Shown here one piece after another: positions 28,313 to 38,200 of a stretch of 64,000 nt of DNA. Numbering within the stretch: the stretch's first letter is position 1; the number at the start of each line of letters is the position of its first letter. The translations under genes were made by a program, and so were the position numbers. The DNA is from Candidatus Poribacteria bacterium (lineage in GTDB: Bacteria > Poribacteria > WGA-4E > WGA-3G): contig OZ242029.1 of the NCBI GenBank assembly GCA_965205015.1, forward strand, positions 4,160,001 through 4,224,000, in the 5' to 3' direction. The notes under the pieces were generated by a model, which did not search any database, was not told the DNA's origin, and was given only the letters and a program-made list of their open reading frames with translations.

Positions 28313-29356
28313 ATGACACAAGAAAAAGTTCGACTCACGGCGACCGTTAAATGTGCAGGGTGAGCGTCAAAACTGGCTCCGGGTGAGCTTGCGCACATTT
28401 TAGGTAAAATCCCGAAATCCACCGATCCGAACCTGCTTGTCGGCACTGAAACCTCCGATGACGCTGGGATCTATCGTATCTCTGACGAACTCGCGCTCGT
28501 TAACACGGTGGACTACTTCACACCTATCGTGGACGATCCGTATACCTTCGGTGCGATCGCTGCGACGAACTCACTGAGTGATGTCTACAGCATGGGGGGT
28601 GTCCCGAAAACGGCGTTGAACATCACCTGTTGGCCCAAGGCTGACTTGGATCTATCCATCCTCGGCGACATCGTCCAAGGTGGCACTGAAAAGGCGATTG
28701 AGGCGGGGGCAGCACTTGTCGGTGGGCATACCGTGGATGCGCCGGAACTCATGTATGGACTCGCTGTAACGGGTATCGTGCATCCGGAGAAATTCGTCAA
28801 GAACTACGGGGCGCGTCCGGGTGAAGTGCTTATTCTTACCAAAAATCTCGGCATCGGTATTCTCACCACAGGACTGAAATTCGACAAAATTAGCGATGCA
28901 GTCTTACCGCAACTCGTCGAATCTATGACCCGACTCAACGCCTCGGCAGCATCCGTCATGCTGAAGTACGGTGCCAGTGCGTGTACAGATGTTACAGGGT
29001 ACGGCTTGTTAGGGCATGCGTCGGAGATGGCGGCGGGTAACAATGTTCGCCTCAAGATCAATAGCAGCACTGTACCATACTTTGCTGATGCCCCCGCACT
29101 TGTTGCACAGGACACCTACACGCAAGCCTATCTTGCGAATATGACGTTCCTCGCCGACAAGGTTACCTTCCACACCGATAGCGAGGCGATGCGGCACATT
29201 TTGATGGAGGCGGAAACGTCTGGCGGTCTGCTGTTCTCGCTGCCCGCAGAGAGTGCCGACGCGGCGATAGCGGACCTCCATGCCGCTGATTGTCCAGAGG
29301 CGGCTGTCATTGGAGAAGTGGTAGCAGGCGATTCCGCACATATTGAAGTTTTTTAA
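28313..29356 (+). CDS. selD: selenide, water dikinase (selenoprotein, UGA=Sec at codon 17)
   Basis: ATG 28313 reads MTQEKVRLTATVKCAG-UGA(28361)-ASKLAPGEL...DDAG...VDYFTPIVDDP, in frame with the ORF ending at 29356; DVTGYGLLGH and ETSGGLL motifs. Confidence 0.93.
28364..28394 (+). promoter_or_regulatory. bacterial SECIS-like hairpin of selD
   Basis: GCG.CAA...GCUC-CGGGU-GAGC-UUG-CGC directly 3' of the UGA. Confidence 0.65.
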
Positions 29357-29363
29357 GGGGCAT

Positions 29364-29879
29364 ATGACCAAAACAGAACTTGCAAAACAGATACGTGCTG
29401 TTTCATATCTTACGGGAGAATTCGTACTCCGCTCAGGAAATATTAGCAACTTCTATTGGGACAAATACCGGTTCGAGAGTAACCCTGCCCTGCTCACTGC
29501 TATTGCTGAAGAGATGGCGAAATTACTGCCCTCCGAATGCGACGGTCTGGCAGGCTTAGAATTAGGGGGCATACCGCTGGCAACTGCCCTCTCGTTGCAA
29601 ACAGGACTACCCTGTTTCTACGTTCGGAAGGAAGCGAAAACATACGGCACCCGCAACCTCATTGAAGGCGGTGTTGCGGAAGGAAGCACACTTGTCGTCA
29701 TAGAGGATGTGATTACGACCGCAGGACAGGTCTGCACATCGATTAATCAGATCCGCGACGAGGGATATACGGTGGAACACGTTGTCGCTGCCATTGATCG
29801 ACAGGCAGGCGGTGCGGCAAAAATTAACGCGATCGGCTGTTCGTTCGCATCCGTTTTTACACTTGCGGAGTTAGCCTGA
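29364..29879 (+). CDS. pyrE: orotate phosphoribosyltransferase
   Basis: GEFVLRSG, GLELGGIP, RKEAKTYG and VIEDVITTAG motifs. Confidence 0.92.
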   Translation: MTKTELAKQIRAVSYLTGEFVLRSGNISNFYWDKYRFESNPALLTAIAEEMAKLLPSECDGLAGLELGGIPLATALSLQTGLPCFYVRKEAKTYGTRNLIEGGVAEGSTLVVIEDVITTAGQVCTSINQIRDEGYTVEHVVAAIDRQAGGAAKINAIGCSFASVFTLAELA

Positions 29880-29904
29880 CCGAACCGCAAGGAACATTAA
29901 AAAT

Positions 29905-30681
29905 ATGAAGATACTGTTTATCGGGGATATAGTTGGCAAACCCGGCAGAGTGGTAACAATCCAGTTTTTGGAAGAACACCGGCACAAATACGACTTCATC
30001 GTTGTGAATGGGGAGAACGCAGCAGGGGGCAAAGGGATAACGTTTGATATCGTTGACCAGCTTCTTGCCTCCGGTGTCTCCGCGATTACAACTGGGAACC
30101 ACGTGTGGGATAACGGAGAGATCTTCGGTTTTATAGATACAACACCTCAACTGATACGCCCTGCGAATTATCCGACCGATGTCCCTGGACGCGGTATAAC
30201 CATTGTTTCTTCCGAGGACGGACAAACGCAACTCGGGGTCATCAATCTCGCCGGGCAGCTTTTCATGAATCCTTATACCAATCCGTTTCATGCGCTCGAT
30301 TCGATTTTACCTGAGGTAAAAGCGGTAACACCTTATATCCTCCTTGACTTTCATGCGGAAGCGACCTCTGAAAAAATTGCGATGGGCTGGCACGCAGATG
30401 GCAGAATAGGGGCAGTGCTTGGCACGCACACGCACGTTCAGACAGCGGATGCGCGTGTTCTGCCACAAGGCACGGCTTACATTACAGATGTGGGTATGAC
30501 GGGACCCTACGATTCAGTGATCGGCACACGAACGGATCAGGCACTTGAACGTTTTTTAACGATGATGCCTACCCGATTCGGTGTCGCTAAAGGGAAGGGT
30601 AAACTTTGTGGTGCCGAGGTAGAACTCGACGAAGAAACCGGACTGGCAGTGAGCATCGTGCCGCTGCAACATCAGTATTAA
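29905..30681 (+). CDS. ymdB: YmdB/TIGR00282 metallophosphoesterase
   Basis: GDIVGKPG, NGEN, GNH, DFHAEATSEK and GTHTHVQTAD motifs. Confidence 0.93.
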   Translation: MKILFIGDIVGKPGRVVTIQFLEEHRHKYDFIVVNGENAAGGKGITFDIVDQLLASGVSAITTGNHVWDNGEIFGFIDTTPQLIRPANYPTDVPGRGITIVSSEDGQTQLGVINLAGQLFMNPYTNPFHALDSILPEVKAVTPYILLDFHAEATSEKIAMGWHADGRIGAVLGTHTHVQTADARVLPQGTAYITDVGMTGPYDSVIGTRTDQALERFLTMMPTRFGVAKGKGKLCGAEVELDEETGLAVSIVPLQHQY

Positions 30682-30685
30682 TGAT

Positions 30686-31915
30686 ATGCAATTAGAAATA
30701 CCTATGGCAACACGGACTGTCCGCAGTGTCAGTGAAATAACAGATTTATTGAAGCGTCTGATTGCAGAACAGCCATACCTCCAAGATGTATGGGTGCAGG
30801 GGCAGGTCTCTAATTACAGTAGATCCGCCGCTGGACATATCTATTTTACACTCAAGGATGAGAAAAGCCAAATCAGGTGTGCCCTTTTTCGGCGAGATGC
30901 CGCCCTTCTCCGATTTTTACCGCGTGATGGTGAAGAGGTCCTGGTCGGAGGGCAGATAGGTATCTACGCTGCCCGGGGTGAATATCAGATAACAGTCAAA
31001 AAAGTAGAACCGCTTGGGATCGGTGCGTTGCAACGAGCCTTTGAAGCGTTGAAACAGCAACTCACCGAGGAGGGTTTATTTGCGGCACACCACAAAAAAC
31101 CGTTGCCGGAATTCCCGATAAAAATCGGCGTGGTAACTTCCGCGACGGGTGCAGCGTTTCAGGACATCTGCCAACAACTCCGTAAGCGGTACCCATTAGC
31201 TCGAGTGGTGCTGCATCCAACGCTTGTTCAAGGTGATGGTGCCCCAGAAGGGATCGCCCATGCGTTACAAGTGATGAACCAGCGGGACGACATAGATGTG
31301 CTAATCGTCGGTCGCGGCGGCGGCTCAATCGAAGATCTCTGGGCATTTAACGAAGAACGCGTGGCGCGTGCGATCTTTGCATCTACAATTCCAGTGGTTT
31401 CCGCTGTCGGGCATGAAACAGATTTTACCATCGCCGACATGGTGGCGGATCACCGCGCACCGACCCCTTCGGCGGCAATTGAACATATCGTCCCAGATCA
31501 GGATGAGCTTCTCGCCCAATTAGACGGATACAACGCGTGGCTGCAGAGAATCATCAATGACCGATTTGATACGCACAAAACACGCCTCCAAGACCTGCAG
31601 ACACGGCTCTCGCCGACACGGCGTAAAGATGCCATCTATCAACTTCACCAAACGGTAGATACTTTGGACGTTGCATGTCGGAGTGCTGTAGGACGGAAAC
31701 TCGCTGATAGCGAACGCGATCTTCACACACTTGCGCAACGCTTAAACGCGCTGAGTCCGTTAGCCACGTTGGAACGGGGGTATAGTATCAGTCGGAAAGT
31801 AGATGGGGCGGTACTCACCTCGGCTGAACAGGTATCGATAGGTGATAAAGTTGAGATTCAACTCGCAGATGGACATCTTGTGTGTCGCGTTGAGGAACTC
31901 TTGTCAGAGGAATAA
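30686..31915 (+). CDS. xseA: exodeoxyribonuclease VII large subunit
   Basis: GHIYFTLKD, RGGGSIEDLWAFN, AVGHETD and APTPSAA motifs. Confidence 0.96.
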   Translation: MQLEIPMATRTVRSVSEITDLLKRLIAEQPYLQDVWVQGQVSNYSRSAAGHIYFTLKDEKSQIRCALFRRDAALLRFLPRDGEEVLVGGQIGIYAARGEYQITVKKVEPLGIGALQRAFEALKQQLTEEGLFAAHHKKPLPEFPIKIGVVTSATGAAFQDICQQLRKRYPLARVVLHPTLVQGDGAPEGIAHALQVMNQRDDIDVLIVGRGGGSIEDLWAFNEERVARAIFASTIPVVSAVGHETDFTIADMVADHRAPTPSAAIEHIVPDQDELLAQLDGYNAWLQRIINDRFDTHKTRLQDLQTRLSPTRRKDAIYQLHQTVDTLDVACRSAVGRKLADSERDLHTLAQRLNALSPLATLERGYSISRKVDGAVLTSAEQVSIGDKVEIQLADGHLVCRVEELLSEE

Positions 31916-31980
31916 TAGCAGTCCATCGGGAATCGGAGTTCCCTCCTACCACTGCAATAATGTAATGTTATAGGGGAAAA

Positions 31981-32169
31981 ATGACATTTGAAGAAAATTT
32001 GAAAAAACTCACACAGATTGTTGAACAACTTGAAGAAGGTAACGAACTACCGCTTGAGGATTCCCTGAAACTCTTTGAAGAAGGCATCGGCTTAATCGCA
32101 TCGTGCAGGCAGATTCTCGAAAATGCTGAACAGCGGGTAGAAAACGTTCTCGAAACAGATGATACTTAA
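31981..32169 (+). CDS. xseB: exodeoxyribonuclease VII small subunit
   Basis: FEENLKKL..IVEQLE...LEDSLKLFEEG; follows xseA. Confidence 0.95.
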   Translation: MTFEENLKKLTQIVEQLEEGNELPLEDSLKLFEEGIGLIASCRQILENAEQRVENVLETDDT

Positions 32170-32187
32170 ACAGACAGGATTCATAAC

Positions 32188-34041
32188 ATGTTCTTAGAGA
32201 AGATTAACAGTCCCGCGGATTTGAAAAACCTTGAACTCGACGAGCTCAAAGTGCTCGCTGAAGAGATGCGCGCTTATCTATTATCGGTGCTCTCTGAACA
32301 TCCCGGCCATTTTGCACCGAACTTCGGGACGATTGAACTCGCAATAGCGTTGCACAAAGTGTACGATACACCGCGCGACAAGGTTATCTGGGACATCGGG
32401 CATCAGGCGTATCCGCATAAACTGCTCACCGGAAGACGGGAATCGTTCCCAACGCTCCGACAAAGTGGGGGTATCAGCGGGTTCCTCAGTAGAGCCGAAA
32501 GTGAATATGATGTCTTTGGCGCGGGGCACTCCAGCACTTCTATCGCTGCGGCATTGGGTGTTGCCACCGCCAGAGACCTCATCAATGAGCATTACAAAGT
32601 CGTTGCCGTCATCGGAGATGGTGGGTTAACAGGCGGAATGGCATTTGAGGCGTTGAACGCTGCGGGTGACTTTAGAAACGATATGACCGTCATTCTCAAC
32701 GACAATAACATGTCTATTTCAGCGACTGTCGGGGCGTTCTCTAAACATTTTCACAAACTCACGAGTTCACCCCAGTACAACCTCCTCCGCTCTGGAGCGA
32801 AGGGGTTGATGAACATGATTTCAGAAGATGCCAAGCAGATAGCACGGAAGATTGAGGCGTCATTGAAACCGGGCACACTGTTTGAAGAATTCGGGTTCCG
32901 CTACTTCGGTCCGCTTGATGGTAACGATTTAGAGGCGTTGATACCTGTCTTGACAGGCATCCGCAGTCTCACAGGTCCTATTCTATTGCATATCGTAACC
33001 GAGAAAGGGCGCGGCTATACGCCAGCAGAGGAAGATCCAGTTGGATTCTATAGTGTCAGTGGTCCCTTCAACCTGAAAACAGGAAAGACAACCAAACCGA
33101 AACCTAAAACCCCGACGTATACGGAAGTGTTCAGCAAAACGTTGATTGAATTAGCGAAACGCGATGCAAGGATCGTGGGAGTGACGGCAGCGATGCTTGG
33201 CGGGACGGGGTTGGATAAGTTTGCGAACGCATTCCCGAGTCGATGCTTTGACATCGGCTTGGCGGAACAGTGTGCGGTTACGTTCGCGGGTGGGCTTGCG
33301 ACACAAGGCATGCGTCCCGTTGCCGCTATCTATTCCACCTTCCTCCAGCGGAGTTACGATCAGGTCTTACACGACGTGTGCATCCAAAACCTGCCGGTTG
33401 TTTTCGCATTGGATAGAGGCGGACTTGTGGGCGCAGATGGTCCAACACATCACGGCGTTTTCGATTTCGCATTCCTCCGCTCCATTCCAAACATGGTCGT
33501 CATGGCACCCAAAGATGAGAACGAACTCCAGGCTATGGTGAAGACAGCTGTCGTGTATCAAGAGGGTCCCATTGCGTTCCGTTACCCGCGCGGCACTGGG
33601 GTCGGTGTGAAAATGGCAGCGGAACCGCAGGCACTCCCGATTGGAAAAAGTGAGATCGTTAGAGAGGGTGAGGATGTACTCGTGATTGCCATTGGCAACC
33701 GCGTCTATCCTGCGCTTGAAGCAGCGCAAACGTTAGCCGATGCTGGCGTCTCAGCGGCGGTTATTAACGCACGGTTTGTCAAGCCTCTGGACACTGCGAC
33801 AATTCTACCACTTGCAGAACGGATCGGTAAGGTAATTACGATTGAAGATGGTGTGATAATGGGCGGTTTCGGGAGTGCTGTTTTGGAAGCACTCGCTGGA
33901 GCGGGTCTCAAAGATGTGCAGATCAGAAATCTCGGTATCCCCGATGAATTTATTGAACACGGTGATGTCCAGCACCTTTATGCCCTGTGTCAATGTGATG
34001 CCGATGCCGTTGTCCGAACCGCACAAGCGATGCTACAATAG
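32188..34041 (+). CDS. dxs: 1-deoxy-D-xylulose-5-phosphate synthase
   Basis: WDIGHQAYPHK, GDG...NDN, AIYSTFLQR and DGPTHHG motifs. Confidence 0.97.
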   Translation: MFLEKINSPADLKNLELDELKVLAEEMRAYLLSVLSEHPGHFAPNFGTIELAIALHKVYDTPRDKVIWDIGHQAYPHKLLTGRRESFPTLRQSGGISGFLSRAESEYDVFGAGHSSTSIAAALGVATARDLINEHYKVVAVIGDGGLTGGMAFEALNAAGDFRNDMTVILNDNNMSISATVGAFSKHFHKLTSSPQYNLLRSGAKGLMNMISEDAKQIARKIEASLKPGTLFEEFGFRYFGPLDGNDLEALIPVLTGIRSLTGPILLHIVTEKGRGYTPAEEDPVGFYSVSGPFNLKTGKTTKPKPKTPTYTEVFSKTLIELAKRDARIVGVTAAMLGGTGLDKFANAFPSRCFDIGLAEQCAVTFAGGLATQGMRPVAAIYSTFLQRSYDQVLHDVCIQNLPVVFALDRGGLVGADGPTHHGVFDFAFLRSIPNMVVMAPKDENELQAMVKTAVVYQEGPIAFRYPRGTGVGVKMAAEPQALPIGKSEIVREGEDVLVIAIGNRVYPALEAAQTLADAGVSAAVINARFVKPLDTATILPLAERIGKVITIEDGVIMGGFGSAVLEALAGAGLKDVQIRNLGIPDEFIEHGDVQHLYALCQCDADAVVRTAQAMLQ

Positions 34042-34046
34042 AAAAA

Positions 34047-34146
34047 GTCTGAACTGTGATTTAAATGATTGAAGGATTACCTTGATTGTCGGAGTTTTCA
34101 TTCTTCCATCATGGTGAATCACATAAATCACATAAATCTTGGTCAA
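34047..34146. repeat. 9-10-bp-periodic TGATT/AATCA hairpin element (family E)
   Basis: GTCTGAACTGTGATT...AATCACATAAATCACATAAATC; half copy at about 15756-15815. Confidence 0.7.
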
Positions 34147-34148
34147 AA

Positions 34149-35009
34149 ATGCGGATAGACACCTTTCTGGTAGCGCGCGGCTTGGCAGAGAGTCGGGAAC
34201 AGGCGAAACGGCTCATTCTTGCGGGTGCAGTGACCGTCAACGGAAACGCCAGAATAAAGCCAGGACAACGGATTCCCGCTGATGCCAAAGTGGTCGTCCA
34301 GCAGCAACAAAAATATGTGAGCCGAGGCGGGTTCAAGTTAGAAAAGGCGTTACACACCTTTGACATAAACGTTCAAAATCGGGTTGCGCTTGATGTCGGT
34401 GCGTCAACAGGTGGGTTCACAGATTGTCTCCTCCAGCACGGTGCGAAATTCGTCTACGCCATCGATGTCGGTTACGGACAACTGGCGTGGAAACTTCGCA
34501 CGCATCCGCAGGTGCAACCGATTGAGAAAACGAACATCCGACACCTAACGCCAGCACACCTAAAAGCATCAGCGTTGAATGACCGGCAAGATTGTGCCTC
34601 CATTGCCGTGATTGATGTCTCCTTTATCTCTTTGAGAACGGTGCTGCCGAGTGTCATCAAGCTTATCACGCAGCAAGATAACAGTCAATTATCGATTGAC
34701 ATCATCGCACTGCTGAAACCGCAATTTGAAGCTGGCAAGGCATACGTAAAAAAAGGTGGGATCGTGTCTGATAAACAGGTCCATATCCAGACGATAGATA
34801 CCCTCAGTGCTTTCGTCACGGAGAAACTCGGAGCCACAATGAGAGGATTGACCTATTCACCGATCCACAAGGACATCGGAAATATTGAGTACTTGCTTTG
34901 GCTTACGGTCGATGGTAAGCGTCGGGATTTTCGTCAACATCAACAGACAGCTGCTGAGGTTGTAGAAGCGGCTCACGAATTTTTTAATTGTTCGCAAGGT
35001 GTTAATTGA
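34149..35009 (+). CDS. tlyA: TlyA family rRNA 2'-O-methyltransferase
   Basis: S4 domain, YVSRGGFKL, LDVGASTGGFTD, DVSFISL, KPQFE and GNIEYL. ATG at 34149. Confidence 0.93.
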   Translation: MRIDTFLVARGLAESREQAKRLILAGAVTVNGNARIKPGQRIPADAKVVVQQQQKYVSRGGFKLEKALHTFDINVQNRVALDVGASTGGFTDCLLQHGAKFVYAIDVGYGQLAWKLRTHPQVQPIEKTNIRHLTPAHLKASALNDRQDCASIAVIDVSFISLRTVLPSVIKLITQQDNSQLSIDIIALLKPQFEAGKAYVKKGGIVSDKQVHIQTIDTLSAFVTEKLGATMRGLTYSPIHKDIGNIEYLLWLTVDGKRRDFRQHQQTAAEVVEAAHEFFNCSQGVN

Positions 35010-35206
35010 AGTCATAACTTCATTGAAGGTTTTCTCTCATATCCGCCTGCGTGTTTTTGCAAACGCTAAAATCCAATGCGAAGAAAGTATTTCTGCGTAT
35101 TGTTGCAGGCTACTGTCTTAAGTTAATTTTCGTAACCGTAGCCCGTAATGTAATGGAGGGGTTTTTGCTTGGGTGTTTCTTCAGATTTAAGAAAGGAACT
35201 TTAAAG

Positions 35207-38200
35207 ATGAAATCTGCGTTATTCCTCCGCAAGGTAAAATTAAAAATTTTCGTCGGGATATTCCTCATTGTCGGGCTATGTGGAACGCTTTTCTTTATCC
35301 GTTCGAGGACCTTTCTGGATTGGATAGAGGGACGGCTTGAGACTGAACTCAAAAATAGGATAGACAGTAGCTACACCGCAACCGTCGGCAACATAGAGGG
35401 AAATATCTTAGGGAGCGTCAGCGTTAGAAGCGTTGAGATTTCCAAGGAAAACAGACCGGTAATCTCCACTGGAAAAGTCTTACTCAAATACAATCTGTTA
35501 GGGCTGCTCACTCGGAGATTTGAGGTGAAGGCGCTACAGGTAGATAAAGCGGAGATTCACGCCCGTAGGAACGCCGATGGTGACCTTAATCTGACACATA
35601 TCTTTACGAAACAGGACGGACAAGACGCCGCACAGTTCGATTTTGCCATTGAATTGCTCCAGTTGACTGACGGAACCCTCGGTTACACCGACACGCAACG
35701 CAATCTTGATCTCCGGATTGATGGAATTACCATTGCGGTGAAAGGACCTCTCAACACATGGAAGCATAACGGAAGGTTTGAAATTGAAAGTGGCAGTTTC
35801 AGGTTCAACGGTGCTGAAACGGCAATTGACACGTTTGATGCCGATTTTCAGATCTCCGTCAGCGGCAGTACATTGGATAAACTTCGATTGGAATTTGGCA
35901 ACTCCAATTTGGAGGTTACTGGCGAATTGATCCACAAAGAAACCGCGCCTGCTTGGAACAGCAAAGTCGAATTAAACCTGAACTTTGCAGATATAGCGTC
36001 GTTTTTGGGCGAAAATATTGAACTTAAAGGGAATGTTGGCGCGACGCTGGTCGTGAATGGTACAGATTCCGCCTTAGCAGGAACGCTCTCTGTGGAAATA
36101 CCAACGTTCTCCGCTGTCCCTGCCCCGTCAGGTCTTGTGCCTGCCCACAGTCGCAACATAGCGTTGACAGCAGGACATGTTGACGCGGATTTCAACTCCG
36201 AACCCACCCCAATATTCACAGTAAAAAAACTCAGTTTCCAAGTCGCCGATGGTACCGTGGTCGGCGATGGGAGCGTCACGTCACAGAATGCGTTGGAAGG
36301 TCCTCTGCTAAAGAGCCTTCAACAATTGTCAACCCATCCGATGACTTACCGCGGAAAATGGGACGCGACAAACGTACAACTGGTCTCCCTGCTGTCAATG
36401 TTCACGCACCCCCCAGAAAACCTTACTGGCAGCACGGGACTTCTCTCAAGTCGTGGAGAACTCAGTGGCAATAGCACGAACATTTCAAGTCTCGAACTTG
36501 ACAGCAAAATAGTGCTGACAGGGACAACACTCGACGAAGTTAAACTTGACGATTCGACGCTCAATTGCACAATAGCATCGGGTGAATTGAAAATCGACGG
36601 GAACTTAGATGAAACTGAGATTAATATCACAGGTCCCTTTCCCGTTGAACGCCAAGACGTTTTGGATATCCACGCAACAGACCTCAATTTCGATGATTTG
36701 ATGAAAATTGTCGACAGTGCGGATATCGGCGGGACAGCAGAGGTGTCCGCGCAGTTGTCGGACGGCACACTGACCGGGTTTATGAAAATTCCGAATGCGA
36801 CTTTCAACGACATCCCGATCGGTGCTTTGTCGGGTGATTTCCGCTACCAAGACGGACGGGTATTCATCGAAAACGGATTGATGACGAAAAATACAATAGA
36901 ACAGCTGATAACTACTAAAACTCAATATGAGAGTCGCACCAAAATAACCGGTATTGTAGAGGTTAAAGGCGAATTCCCCGCAGATTTCCGCGTCATCGCC
37001 GACCCGGTTTACGTCCAACATTACCCGAAACTCTTGTTAGGTGCTGAATATCCTGTAGAGGGTGAGATCAGAGGCGAACTCACATTGAGTGGAACGCTCA
37101 TCCATCTGGATGGCAGTGCCGACTTCAGTGTTACCGAAAGCGTGGCATGGGGTATCCATTTGGATCCGCTGACGCTCCCTTTGGAGATTGAGGATTACAC
37201 CTTCAGACTGCCAGATTTCAAGATAACCACGCGCGGTCAGCAGATTACCTTTAATGTTACAGCCGCCCCTAACGGGGACTATGACCTTCTCCTTGAAAGT
37301 GATGCCCCTGTCCGTTTAGAAGAAATTGCGAAGGCGGCAAATCTCCCCGATTTCCCCTTTGAAGGACAATTCGACGTTCGGGTTGTTGGAACGCTCAAAA
37401 AACCGGCGCGTCCTGATATTCAGGTTAAACTCGATTTTTCAGACTTCACCTTCTTGCACAATGAACGCGGCACAAAATATCCGCTCGGCGATGTCTATCT
37501 GCTCGGAAAACTCGTAGAACGGGAAGAGACTACCGGTGAACCCGATATCTACGACTTCCAGGGACACGGTTTTGAGGGGACGAGTCAGATTCAGGGGTAC
37601 ATCAGCATGGCTGCAGGGAACCCTTACCAGTTCACGGCGGAGGGTGAGACTTTTGACATGACACGGATCCTACCCATATTACACCCAATGCTTGAGGCGG
37701 TTACGGGGACCGCTGATGGGACCGCATCAATAAGGGGGACATTGGCAGACCTCGCACCATCGACTGAGGACGAAGTTACTGAATCCCAGAAACAACAGGT
37801 CTATCCCTATGATGTTGATATTCTTGTGAGTCGTTGTCAGTTGTCGGTTAACAGTCGTCAGTTAAGAGGTGGGTCTGTTGAACCAGAGTCTTCTTTAACT
37901 AACCATCAACAACTGATAACTGAAAACTATTCTTTCACAAATACTGAACCGATTCGCCTGCATCTCAAAGACGACACATGGACAATCGATACCCTTTCCC
38001 TAAGGACATCCGAAGATAAAGTCCCGTTTCTTGAATTGACAGGGACCTTGGATGCTAAAACTGAGATGATGAATCTGCACGCTGCATCTGACGGGTTCGC
38101 GCTGCTACCTTTTGAAGAGACATTCGGACTTCCACCTGGCATGCTGCAAGCCGGTGCTGTTCGTTATGATTTGAAAGTGACGGGGACATCCCTCGAACCC

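Noticed and set aside
28313-29356. selD and fdh as nonsense pseudogenes, or UGA reassigned genome-wide
   Set aside because: Both UGAs fall at known Sec positions with hairpins just downstream, while other genes (e.g. frr, RM, tlyA, pyrE) end normally at TGA.
34560-34700. Repeat-derived inserts in TlyA (KASALNDRQDCAS, QQDNSQLSID)
   Set aside because: The extra residues are plausible and the DNA weakly resembles family A, but it is too degenerate to assert without an alignment.
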